This document shows positions 1 through 6,571 of a DNA stretch of 28,250 nucleotides, piece after piece; positions within the stretch are counted from its first letter, which is position 1; each line of letters opens with the position of its first letter. The position numbers and the translations under genes were made by a program. Where the stretch lies: assembly GCA_038214755.1 (NCBI GenBank), contig JBBQRQ010000065.1, forward strand, positions 1 through 28,250, in the 5' to 3' direction. The DNA comes from Verrucomicrobiota bacterium (GTDB taxonomy: Bacteria; Verrucomicrobiota; Verrucomicrobiia; Limisphaerales; CANJXF01). The notes beneath the pieces were generated by a model, which was not told the origin of the DNA, did no database searches, and worked only from the letters and a program-made list of their open reading frames with translations.

Positions 1-308
1 CCTAACCTGCCCCGAGGAGAGTTTCCCCCAAAATTTTTTCGCGCATTCAACCCATCACCCGTCGCCGCCGACGTGAGGAGGCGTATTGGGCCGCCACGAA
101 TGTTTCCGCCTCCACACGTCGGCGGCTACAGGCAGGTTCATGGGGAGGGAACTTTGAGACATCGCTCGGAAATTATGATGCGCGTTGGGACGTTTCCGCG
201 TTCTGGTCATTGACAAAAAAAAGCGGACAATAACCGGCCGCACCAAATCACGAAAACGCGGAAAAGATTCTCCCTCTCCTCGGAGGAGAGGGCCGGGGTG
301 AGGTCGAG
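1..308. repeat. Composite REP-like element (CCCTCTCC-GGAGAGGG family), truncated at the window edge
   Basis: Right end 266-308 GATTCTCCCTCTCCTCGGAGGAGAGGGCCGGGGTGAGGTCGAG nearly matches 21290-21332; 1-21 is a degenerate left end like 21147-21173. Confidence 0.75.
61..129. repeat. GTAG-type REP doublet (GTAGCCGCCGACGTGAGGAGGCG family)
   Basis: Inverted arms GTCGCCGCCGACGTGAGGAGGCG / CGCCTCCACACGTCGGCGGCTAC; same family at 8811, 18336 and 23776. Confidence 0.9.
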
Positions 309-406
309 TAATACTCTCCATACTGAAGGTTTCCGCTCAAAGGGAAATGGTCTTGCGGTGTGCCCAACGGATTGGATCGGCGGTCCTGCGGGCTTTGGGG
401 CAGGTC

Positions 407-434
407 TTGACGGAGAGTAACGACCGATTATTTG
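407..434 (+). promoter_or_regulatory. Putative sigma70 promoter of clpB stub 1 (degenerate -10)
   Basis: TTGACG(407-412)-N16-TATTTG(429-434), ATG at 441; same layout at 4725-4752. Confidence 0.45.
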
Positions 435-440
435 TTCTCC

Positions 441-637
441 ATGCAAATGGATCGCTTAACCATCAAAGGGCAGGAGGCGTTGCAATCCGCGCGACAAATC
501 GCTCACACCCGGTCTCATCAGGAAGTTGATGGCGAACATTTATTGGCCGCTTTGCTCGAACAAACGGAACAGCCTCACGCCAAGCCGTGCTGGAAAAACT
601 CCGCGTCTCCAACGGAAAATCTTTCCGCTGACAACCA
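441..637 (+). pseudogene. clpB: ClpB N-terminal fragment, copy 1 (about 65 codons, three 1-nt insertions)
   Basis: MQMDRLTIKGQEALQSARQIAHTRSHQEVDGEHLLAALLEQ is a Clp N-domain start; homology stops after about 65 codons; three extra A relative to copy 2. Confidence 0.85.
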
Positions 638-684
638 ACTTCCTCTGCGCTTTTATCGAGTGCGCTTGCGGTGATGCATTTGCT

Positions 685-1062
685 ATGAAACCCCTTTTAG
701 TTTTCTTGTTTCTTGTTTTTGTCACTGGCTGTTCTGCCAATAAATCTTTGGCGCACCGTCTTAAAGAGGCAGACCGTGTCATTGTGACGAATTCTTTCGA
801 CGCTGTCGGGCTTACTTTCACAGGTCCAGAATTGCGCAAGCTTGTTCAGACGATTGCACTTGGTAAGAAAGCGGAACCGGCACTGGAATGCGCTGTTGAA
901 TTCGACCTTCAATTCTTCAAAGGTAACGAGTGTCTTGCCAAGGTTCCCGCTTGTGCGTACGCATTTGGGGTTGACCGGACGAGTTATATCGACACGACAG
1001 GTGATTTAAAGGCGCTGGACGAAAAATTTCACCAAGCTAACCGCCCGCAATTCTCACCGTAG
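685..1062 (+). CDS. Hypothetical lipoprotein, paralog A (125 aa)
   Basis: MKPLLVFLFLVFVTGC lipoprotein signal; paralogous to 1128-1511 and 5000-5377. Confidence 0.8.
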   Translation: MKPLLVFLFLVFVTGCSANKSLAHRLKEADRVIVTNSFDAVGLTFTGPELRKLVQTIALGKKAEPALECAVEFDLQFFKGNECLAKVPACAYAFGVDRTSYIDTTGDLKALDEKFHQANRPQFSP

Positions 1063-1127
1063 CGTTTACGCAGAAAAAGTTTCGCGGAAATTCTTTTAGC
1101 GATTACGTTCTGAAAAGAATGCTTTCA

Positions 1128-1511
1128 ATGAAAACGATTCCGGTTCTGCTGTTTTTAATTTGCTTTTGTGGCTGCTCTCCGCAGAAAACGTTGGCGCACC
1201 GACTCAAAGGCGCTGACCGCGCGGTTTACGCGTGTGTCCTAAAGGATTATGAAGAGGTGAAGACAACCGTCACCGGCGATGACGTGAACAAAGTAGTTGA
1301 AGCTATCGCCCACGGTCGAAAATTGAGTCGAGATATTAAGGCGGCTTTTGGTTTCCAGCTTGAATTTTTTAAGGGTTCGGAGCACTTGGCAACCATTAAC
1401 ACGAGCGGTCAAGCTTTTTGGGTTGGTGATACACCCTACGAAGACACAACCAAAACGTTGAAGAGACTCTACGAAAAGGCGCACGAGGGGACACCAAAGT
1501 TATCACCGTAG
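1128..1511 (+). CDS. Hypothetical lipoprotein, paralog B (127 aa)
   Basis: MKTIPVLLFLICFCGC signal; shares LAHRLKxADR, FFKG and YxDxT with A and C; alternative start 1119. Confidence 0.8.
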   Translation: MKTIPVLLFLICFCGCSPQKTLAHRLKGADRAVYACVLKDYEEVKTTVTGDDVNKVVEAIAHGRKLSRDIKAAFGFQLEFFKGSEHLATINTSGQAFWVGDTPYEDTTKTLKRLYEKAHEGTPKLSP

Positions 1512-2267
1512 CGTCGCTTCAAGGTGAGAATAACTGACAAGAACTGCGCTCGTTGGGGAAGTAGCCTTGAGACTAAAGTCGCGCGTATAGTTAAGTTGGT
1601 TGATCGGATCGCTGCCTTTTTTCCGATAGCGCACCGTATAAATTCCCAGCCGATAATCAAACAATCCCTCTTCAAACATTTCGGGCTTTTCAAATTCCGA
1701 TTGGTCAATTCCAAAAGCATCCGCCACGCGATTGGCAATCTTCCACACCTCAGTTTCTGACATGCTAACTGCGTTCTGCGCTAACTGGTGCAGAGTATTC
1801 GTGTTGGCGTGGCTGATGGCACGAATTGGATCGTCTGCCCCGCGCTGACCAAAATACATCATTCCTGAAAAGGTGGAATTTTCAATGTAGGTTGCCGTCC
1901 AGCCGTCACCGATGACGAGCCGACAGATTATCCCGTTCGGGATGTGAATGATTCGAATTTTGTCGCATGAGCTTGGCTGAAGTTTGCCGTGCAGTGGGTT
2001 CACACTTAAGCCGTCCAACAATGAGAAGAATTCATTAAGTTTCGGCATTACTTGTTCCAAGAACAGAGGGTCTTGTGCCTTAATCAGCGTATCGCCAAGT
2101 TCATTAGACGATCGTGGGGGGTAAGATGCCACCAACCCTGTCTTGGACTGGATGGCAGTCGCAGAGACGGGCTTCTCCGGACTGACTTTTTGTCTCTGTC
2201 GAGACGTTATGTACAACGCAATCATCGCGAAGCCTGCTGCTACGATTATGATGCTCCTTCGCCTCAT
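1503..2267 (-). CDS. Hypothetical protein with N-terminal membrane anchor (254 aa)
   Basis: MRRRSIIIVAAGFAMIALYIT anchor; starts 3 nt after the upstream stop; C-terminus duplicated at 5369-5566. Confidence 0.8.
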   Translation of the reverse strand: MRRRSIIIVAAGFAMIALYITSRQRQKVSPEKPVSATAIQSKTGLVASYPPRSSNELGDTLIKAQDPLFLEQVMPKLNEFFSLLDGLSVNPLHGKLQPSSCDKIRIIHIPNGIICRLVIGDGWTATYIENSTFSGMMYFGQRGADDPIRAISHANTNTLHQLAQNAVSMSETEVWKIANRVADAFGIDQSEFEKPEMFEEGLFDYRLGIYTVRYRKKGSDPINQLNYTRDFSLKATSPTSAVLVSYSHLEATLR

Positions 2268-2270
2268 AAG

Positions 2271-2789
2271 TTAGCGGCTATCGTCACCATTGTACTTTAA
2301 CGGGCGGTATCCAATTATTCTTGGCCCCCAATTCAGAACTTCCGGATAATTGTTATTTGCTATCGCCACTGCTAGGCTCAATGGCGTATCGTAATCAATT
2401 TCATCGAGCCATTCTCTGTGGATGCGATAGACCCAGCTGTTGTTGATCGATCCCGGGTGAGAGAACCCAGTGAAGCCTACAAACGCACTCTTTTTTATTT
2501 GTGAATTACCAACCTGCGGAACTCCTAGCGGGGTTCCTGTTGCGTCGGGAAATTCCGTGGCACTGTCGGCCGATGCGCATCCGCTGATAAACGTCGAAAA
2601 CAGCCGCCGTGTATAGGTAACCGAAAACCCGTTAGAATTAGCGCCGTAACTGTTACCGAGAAGAGCGGCTACCGCGTGGGCTCCCAAATCAATGGTAAGA
2701 TATGGGTTCTGGCCAGCATCGTGGATCAGATTGTTTTGACTGCTATGCCCGTCGAAGAACCACGACCCTACAGCCGAATCTTTTAGCAT
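2271..2789 (-). CDS. C-terminal part of large secreted protein; candidate His-Cys (caspase/gingipain-like) domain
   Basis: Overlaps the upstream ORF in another frame; motifs WFFDGHSS and TFISGCASA. Confidence 0.6.
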   Translation of the reverse strand: MLKDSAVGSWFFDGHSSQNNLIHDAGQNPYLTIDLGAHAVAALLGNSYGANSNGFSVTYTRRLFSTFISGCASADSATEFPDATGTPLGVPQVGNSQIKKSAFVGFTGFSHPGSINNSWVYRIHREWLDEIDYDTPLSLAVAIANNNYPEVLNWGPRIIGYRPLKYNGDDSR

Positions 2790-4278
2790 TGGTCAGCGCG
2801 ATGAGATCGTTTGTTTGGCTAGCCAGCCGGATCGGAAACGGGTCACTGCTGAAGTCGATATGATTGACGCCATACGCATCTCGACCGGTTCCGACTATAT
2901 CGTCATACAACTGCGCGGCTCTATTTACGCGGATAGAAACGCTTCGGTTTAACGAGGCTAATCCAGTGTTCAAGTCGCTGCTTGGCCATGTGCCGTACGA
3001 AATCACATATTTTCCAACCCTCACCCCGCCGTTATCGAAGAAATTGGTTGTTAGCATTTTATTGGTTGGTCCACCTGATTGCGGGCTGGTCGCCAACGAA
3101 AAAACATAGCCACTGTCAGTCACAGGATTGGTCAACAGGTCCGTGAAATTCCATTCGCCATTGATCGCTCCATTTGTCGATTGTCCACTCGCGGTGTGGA
3201 GCAGGTTGCCACTGAGATTAAAAACTTCAAACGTATAGTCTTGTGGGCTTGTTGCCGTGTACTGCAGCGTGATCGAACCACCCGCAGAATAGAGTGGCGA
3301 ATAATTCTCCATATAAACGTCATTGGTGAAATTCAGCGTCGTCGATGCCCATCCGTTGAACGGCACGACCTCGTCACCCGCACCATCCCCGTCGGTGTCA
3401 AAGAGTACGCCTTCATTGGCAGCAGCTACCCAAATTTCATGATCGCCGTTGGGAAATAGATAAGTCGGCACACTCATTGTTCCGTTCTGGCCAGGCACAA
3501 TTACACCCACTTGGACGCCGCCGACAAACACTTTGAGACTCGTCAGTGGAAGAATGTCTGTCACTCGCACTTGCAGGGCCACGGCTCCGGTCACGGTTCC
3601 CGATGTCGGTGAAACAATGGATACAATTGGCCCAACATATTCATCCAAGTTCACTGCGGTGTAAAAACGCGTTGGAGCCGAAGCCGTTCCCACAAGCTGT
3701 TCGTTGGTGGATTGTGCCTCAAACACGTTCACAAGAGTCCAGGTGTTGAAAGGATCGATGTCCAAAACGCTTTTCGCCCCAATACCGTATAGGACGCCGG
3801 GTGTTGTGTTGCACACATCGAGCAAGAAATCGGAGGTATTGGTGCTCGTGATATTTAGAGACAGGTCATTCGATGAACTGCACATCAATGGTCCTAAAAG
3901 CGGACCGTCAAGTTCCTCTGCGCTAAATGAGGTCATCACCGCCGTGGTTGCCGAAAGCCCTTGATAGTCCACCGCTCGGTCGTCATAGGCGAACTTGTTG
4001 TCGCCCAAATCGAAAAGATCAAGCTCAGGGAAAGGATTGAATGGAAGCGGTGGCACGATTTTTTGCGTTGAATAAAAAAGTGGGAGGCTCGATTTGGAGG
4101 CCGACTCCTCCGCGACTGTAGCGACTTTTTGCTGAGGGGGAATTGCAGGAACGTCAGGCTTAACAGCAGCTTCCCACTTCAGGGTGCGATCCGTTGTTTT
4201 GGTTTCTGCCTGAACATTGCGCGTGCCGTGAGCGGCGACGAGCATAAAGAACATCAATGCAAGTGTGCGTGTAGTCAT
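2743..4278 (-). CDS. Large secreted protein with Ig-like/FlgD-like domains, N-terminal part (frameshift near 2781-2790)
   Basis: Signal peptide MTTRTLALMFFMLVAAHG; Big-like PIVSIVSPTSGTVTGAV; FlgD-like EVFNLSGNLL...WNFTDL; tail KRFGCRVVVLRRA looks off-frame. Confidence 0.7.
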   Translation of the reverse strand: MTTRTLALMFFMLVAAHGTRNVQAETKTTDRTLKWEAAVKPDVPAIPPQQKVATVAEESASKSSLPLFYSTQKIVPPLPFNPFPELDLFDLGDNKFAYDDRAVDYQGLSATTAVMTSFSAEELDGPLLGPLMCSSSNDLSLNITSTNTSDFLLDVCNTTPGVLYGIGAKSVLDIDPFNTWTLVNVFEAQSTNEQLVGTASAPTRFYTAVNLDEYVGPIVSIVSPTSGTVTGAVALQVRVTDILPLTSLKVFVGGVQVGVIVPGQNGTMSVPTYLFPNGDHEIWVAAANEGVLFDTDGDGAGDEVVPFNGWASTTLNFTNDVYMENYSPLYSAGGSITLQYTATSPQDYTFEVFNLSGNLLHTASGQSTNGAINGEWNFTDLLTNPVTDSGYVFSLATSPQSGGPTNKMLTTNFFDNGGVRVGKYVISYGTWPSSDLNTGLASLNRSVSIRVNRAAQLYDDIVGTGRDAYGVNHIDFSSDPFPIRLASQTNDLIALTNAKRFGCRVVVLRRA

Positions 4279-4334
4279 AGAGGAGTTTTGTTTCGTTTGT
4301 CCGTTGAATTTGGCGTGATCGGGAGTAATGCGGC

Positions 4335-4364
4335 ACACTAGAGATGTGAAGGTGTAAAAGTCAA
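4335..4364 (-). promoter_or_regulatory. Putative promoter for the secreted-protein operon
   Basis: Minus strand TTGACT-N18-TAGTGT in the divergent gap next to the XRE gene. Confidence 0.4.
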
Positions 4365-4389
4365 CGGCGAAATTCGACGCTGGCGGGGT

Positions 4390-4659
4390 TTGAAACTTTC
4401 AACCGCTGACCGTTTGCTCGCTCGACTGCGGGAATTGAGAACTCTGCATGGTCTCACCCAAGAGGCTTTCGCGGAACTCGCCGGATTCTCTTACAAATAT
4501 TACCAAGCGTTAGAAGCCGGTCGCGGTCGCGATCTTCGTCTTTCGACGCTGGAACGACTGGCCAAAGCCTATAGCTTGGAAGTTCATGAACTTCTCTCCT
4601 CGCACTTGCCAAAAACGACCTTGAATAAAACGAAGAAACGGTCTCGGTCTGGCAGGTGA
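4390..4659 (+). CDS. XRE-family helix-turn-helix regulator
   Basis: LRELRTLHGLTQEAFAELAGFSYKYYQALEAG...LSTLERLAKAY fits HTH_3. Confidence 0.9.
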   Translation: MKLSTADRLLARLRELRTLHGLTQEAFAELAGFSYKYYQALEAGRGRDLRLSTLERLAKAYSLEVHELLSSHLPKTTLNKTKKRSRSGR

Positions 4660-4724
4660 ACAATCGCAAACGTCTGCGACTTCGTATTTCATCTGTGGCT
4701 TTGCCTTGCGTGCTTTCCCATTGC

Positions 4725-4752
4725 TTGACGGCAAGTCAGCGGTGATTATTTT
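4725..4752 (+). promoter_or_regulatory. Putative sigma70 promoter of clpB stub 2 (probably leaderless)
   Basis: TTGACG-N16-TATTTT, 7 nt before ATG 4760, no Shine-Dalgarno. Confidence 0.5.
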
Positions 4753-4759
4753 CTCTTGT

Positions 4760-4954
4760 ATGCAAACTGACCGCTTAACCATCAAAGCGCAGGAGGCGTT
4801 GCAATCCGCGCGACAAATCGCTCACAACCGGTCTCATCAGGAAGTTGATGGGGAACATTTATTGGCTGCAATGCTTGAACAGGCGGACAGTTTGACGCCC
4901 GCGCTTTTGGAAAAGCTTGGTGTGTCTTCAGAAAAAATTTCCGCCAACAACTAA
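4760..4954 (+). pseudogene. clpB: ClpB N-terminal fragment, copy 2 (64 aa then stop)
   Basis: MQTDRLTIKAQEALQSARQIAHNRSHQEVDGEHLLAAMLEQADSLTPALLEKLGVS then TAA. Confidence 0.88.
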
Positions 4955-4999
4955 CTCCCCTGCGTTTTTATCGAGTGCGCTTGCCGTGATGTATCTGCT

Positions 5000-5377
5000 G
5001 TGAAACCCCTTTTAGTTTTCTTGTTGGTTGTTTTTGTCACTGGCTGTTCTGCCAACAAATCGTTGGCACACAGGCTTAAAGAAGCTGACCGCATTGTGGT
5101 GATCAACCCTCGCGACGGCCTCAGCATTACCGTCACGGGTGAGGAAGTGGACAGAGTTGTCAAAGCGATTGCTTCCGGAAAAAAGGAACCGCCTACAATC
5201 GAGGCAACCCCTGACCTCGATTTCCAATTCTTCAAAGGCACCAAGCGTCTCGCGACGGTCACCAATTGCGTTATGGTCTTTTGGGTTGGGCCTAACGCCT
5301 ACAGCGACCGAACAGGAACCCTGGAAGCATTGGAAGCGAAGTATCGCAAAGTGCATCGCCCGCAATTCTCACCGTAG
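5000..5377 (+). CDS. Hypothetical lipoprotein, paralog C (125 aa)
   Basis: GTG start, VTGC lipobox; first 31 aa nearly identical and last 6 aa identical to paralog A. Confidence 0.8.
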   Translation: MKPLLVFLLVVFVTGCSANKSLAHRLKEADRIVVINPRDGLSITVTGEEVDRVVKAIASGKKEPPTIEATPDLDFQFFKGTKRLATVTNCVMVFWVGPNAYSDRTGTLEALEAKYRKVHRPQFSP

Positions 5378-5566
5378 CGTTGCCTCCAGGTGAGAGTAGC
5401 CGACGAGAACTGCGGTCGTAGCTGATGTCGCCTTGAGGCTAAAGCCGCGTGTGTAATTGAGGCCGTTGACGGGGTCACTGCCTTTTTTCCGATATTCAAC
5501 GGTGTAGATGCCAAGGCGGTAGTCGAACAGTCCCTCTTCATACATTTTAGGTTTCTCAAACTTTGA
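5369..5566 (-). pseudogene. Orphan C-terminal fragment paralogous to 1503-2267
   Basis: FEKPKMYEEGLFDYRLGIYTVEYRKKGSDPVNGLNYTRGFSLKATSATTAVLVGYSHLEATLR aligns with the end of the 254-aa ORF; cut by the clpB 3' stub. Confidence 0.85.
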
Positions 5567-5923
5567 GTGCGCGCCGAATTGAAAAAACATTTTCGCCCGG
5601 AATTTTTAAATCGCATCGACGACATCATCATCTTTCACAGCCTTGATGAAAAACAGTTGGCAAAAATTGTCGAAATCCAATTGCAACGATTGGAGAAGCG
5701 GCTGGCGCAACAGCAACTTGTTTTGGAGGTCGATGAGTCCGCGAAAAAACTTTTGGCGCGCGAGGGATTCGATCCGCAGTTCGGCGCGCGCCCGTTGAAA
5801 CGCGCGATTCAGGAATTCGTCCTCGATCCCCTCTCCCTCAAATTGCTCGATGGCGAATTCAAACCGGGCGATCGGATCAAAGTTGTGGGAAACGGTGAAG
5901 GCCTGGAGTTCAAGAAGAAGTAA
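5567..5923 (+). pseudogene. clpB: ClpB C-terminal fragment (D2-small domain)
   Basis: HFRPEFLNRIDDIIIFHSL and GFDPQFGARPLKRAIQ; no Walker motifs upstream in the window. Confidence 0.9.
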
Positions 5924-5977
5924 CGGTAAAAAAGTGGAGCAGAAACTTCCGGGTAGCATCTTGATCCCACCGCCAAA

Positions 5978-6031
5978 GTAGTGGGGCAGACATCTTGTCT
6001 GCCAGCCCCAGTTCGCGGGCAAGATGCGCCC
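5978..6031. repeat. REP-like element (GTAGTGGGGCAGACATCTTGTCTGCC family)
   Basis: GTAG plus palindrome; related to 21961-22060. Confidence 0.7.
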
Positions 6032-6058
6032 GATGCAACCCGGAAAAAAAGGAAAGAC

Positions 6059-6087
6059 TTTACACCGCTATTTCTTAAATCTAATCT
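6059..6087 (+). promoter_or_regulatory. Putative rpsO promoter
   Basis: TTTACA-N17-TAATCT, 15 nt before the ATG. Confidence 0.55.
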
Positions 6088-6102
6088 TTTCCGCATCAAA
6101 GA

Positions 6103-6372
6103 ATGAAAAAAACTATAGAACCAAAAGAAAAGACAATCGACGGTTTTCGATTGCATGAGCGCGACACCGGTTCAGCCGATGTGCAAATCGCCCTTTTGAC
6201 CGAGCGGATCAATCAACTCACCGAACATTTGCAAAATAATAAAAAAGACCGCAGCTCCCGTCGCGGATTGTTGATGATGGTCGGACAACGCCGCAAGCTG
6301 TTGGATTATTTGCACAACACCGACGTGAACCGCTATCAATCCATCACCAAAAAACTTAAACTTCGCCGGTAA
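6103..6372 (+). CDS. rpsO: 30S ribosomal protein S15
   Basis: [23 protein letters not shown]...[19 protein letters not shown]; upstream of pnp. Confidence 0.98.
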   Translation: MKKTIEPKEKTIDGFRLHERDTGSADVQIALLTERINQLTEHLQNNKKDRSSRRGLLMMVGQRRKLLDYLHNTDVNRYQSITKKLKLRR

Positions 6373-6571
6373 TTCGTCAGGCGGTTTGAGTGCTGCAACT
6401 TCTTTGGTTTTACACTTTTAGTCTGTCTGGAATCGAGTGACGCGAGCGACTCCAGCTTTATTAAACATTCGCGTTAGAAATTTCGTTGGCGCTGGGCAAT
6501 TTCGATCAACCTCTGAGAGCCAGGGGTTGACGGAAGTTTCTCGGACGCCGGCGAGGAAAAAAAATAATTAT

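Noticed and set aside
55..446. Short ORFs over REP elements (also 18324-18686 and 20958-21367)
   Set aside because: Translations such as LTPALSSGERE and PPHVGGY are products of the repeat sequences.
526..684. N-terminal extension of lipoprotein A (178-aa ORF)
   Set aside because: It is off-frame clpB stub sequence; the signal peptide and paralog C place the start at 685.
685..5377. Diversity-generating retroelement behind lipoprotein variation
   Set aside because: No reverse transcriptase, and differences are not adenine-specific.
441..5923. clpB interrupted by an excisable element or intein that restores the gene
   Set aside because: The stubs total under 200 codons and lack Walker motifs, so excision could not rebuild ClpB; no recombinase or intein motifs are present.
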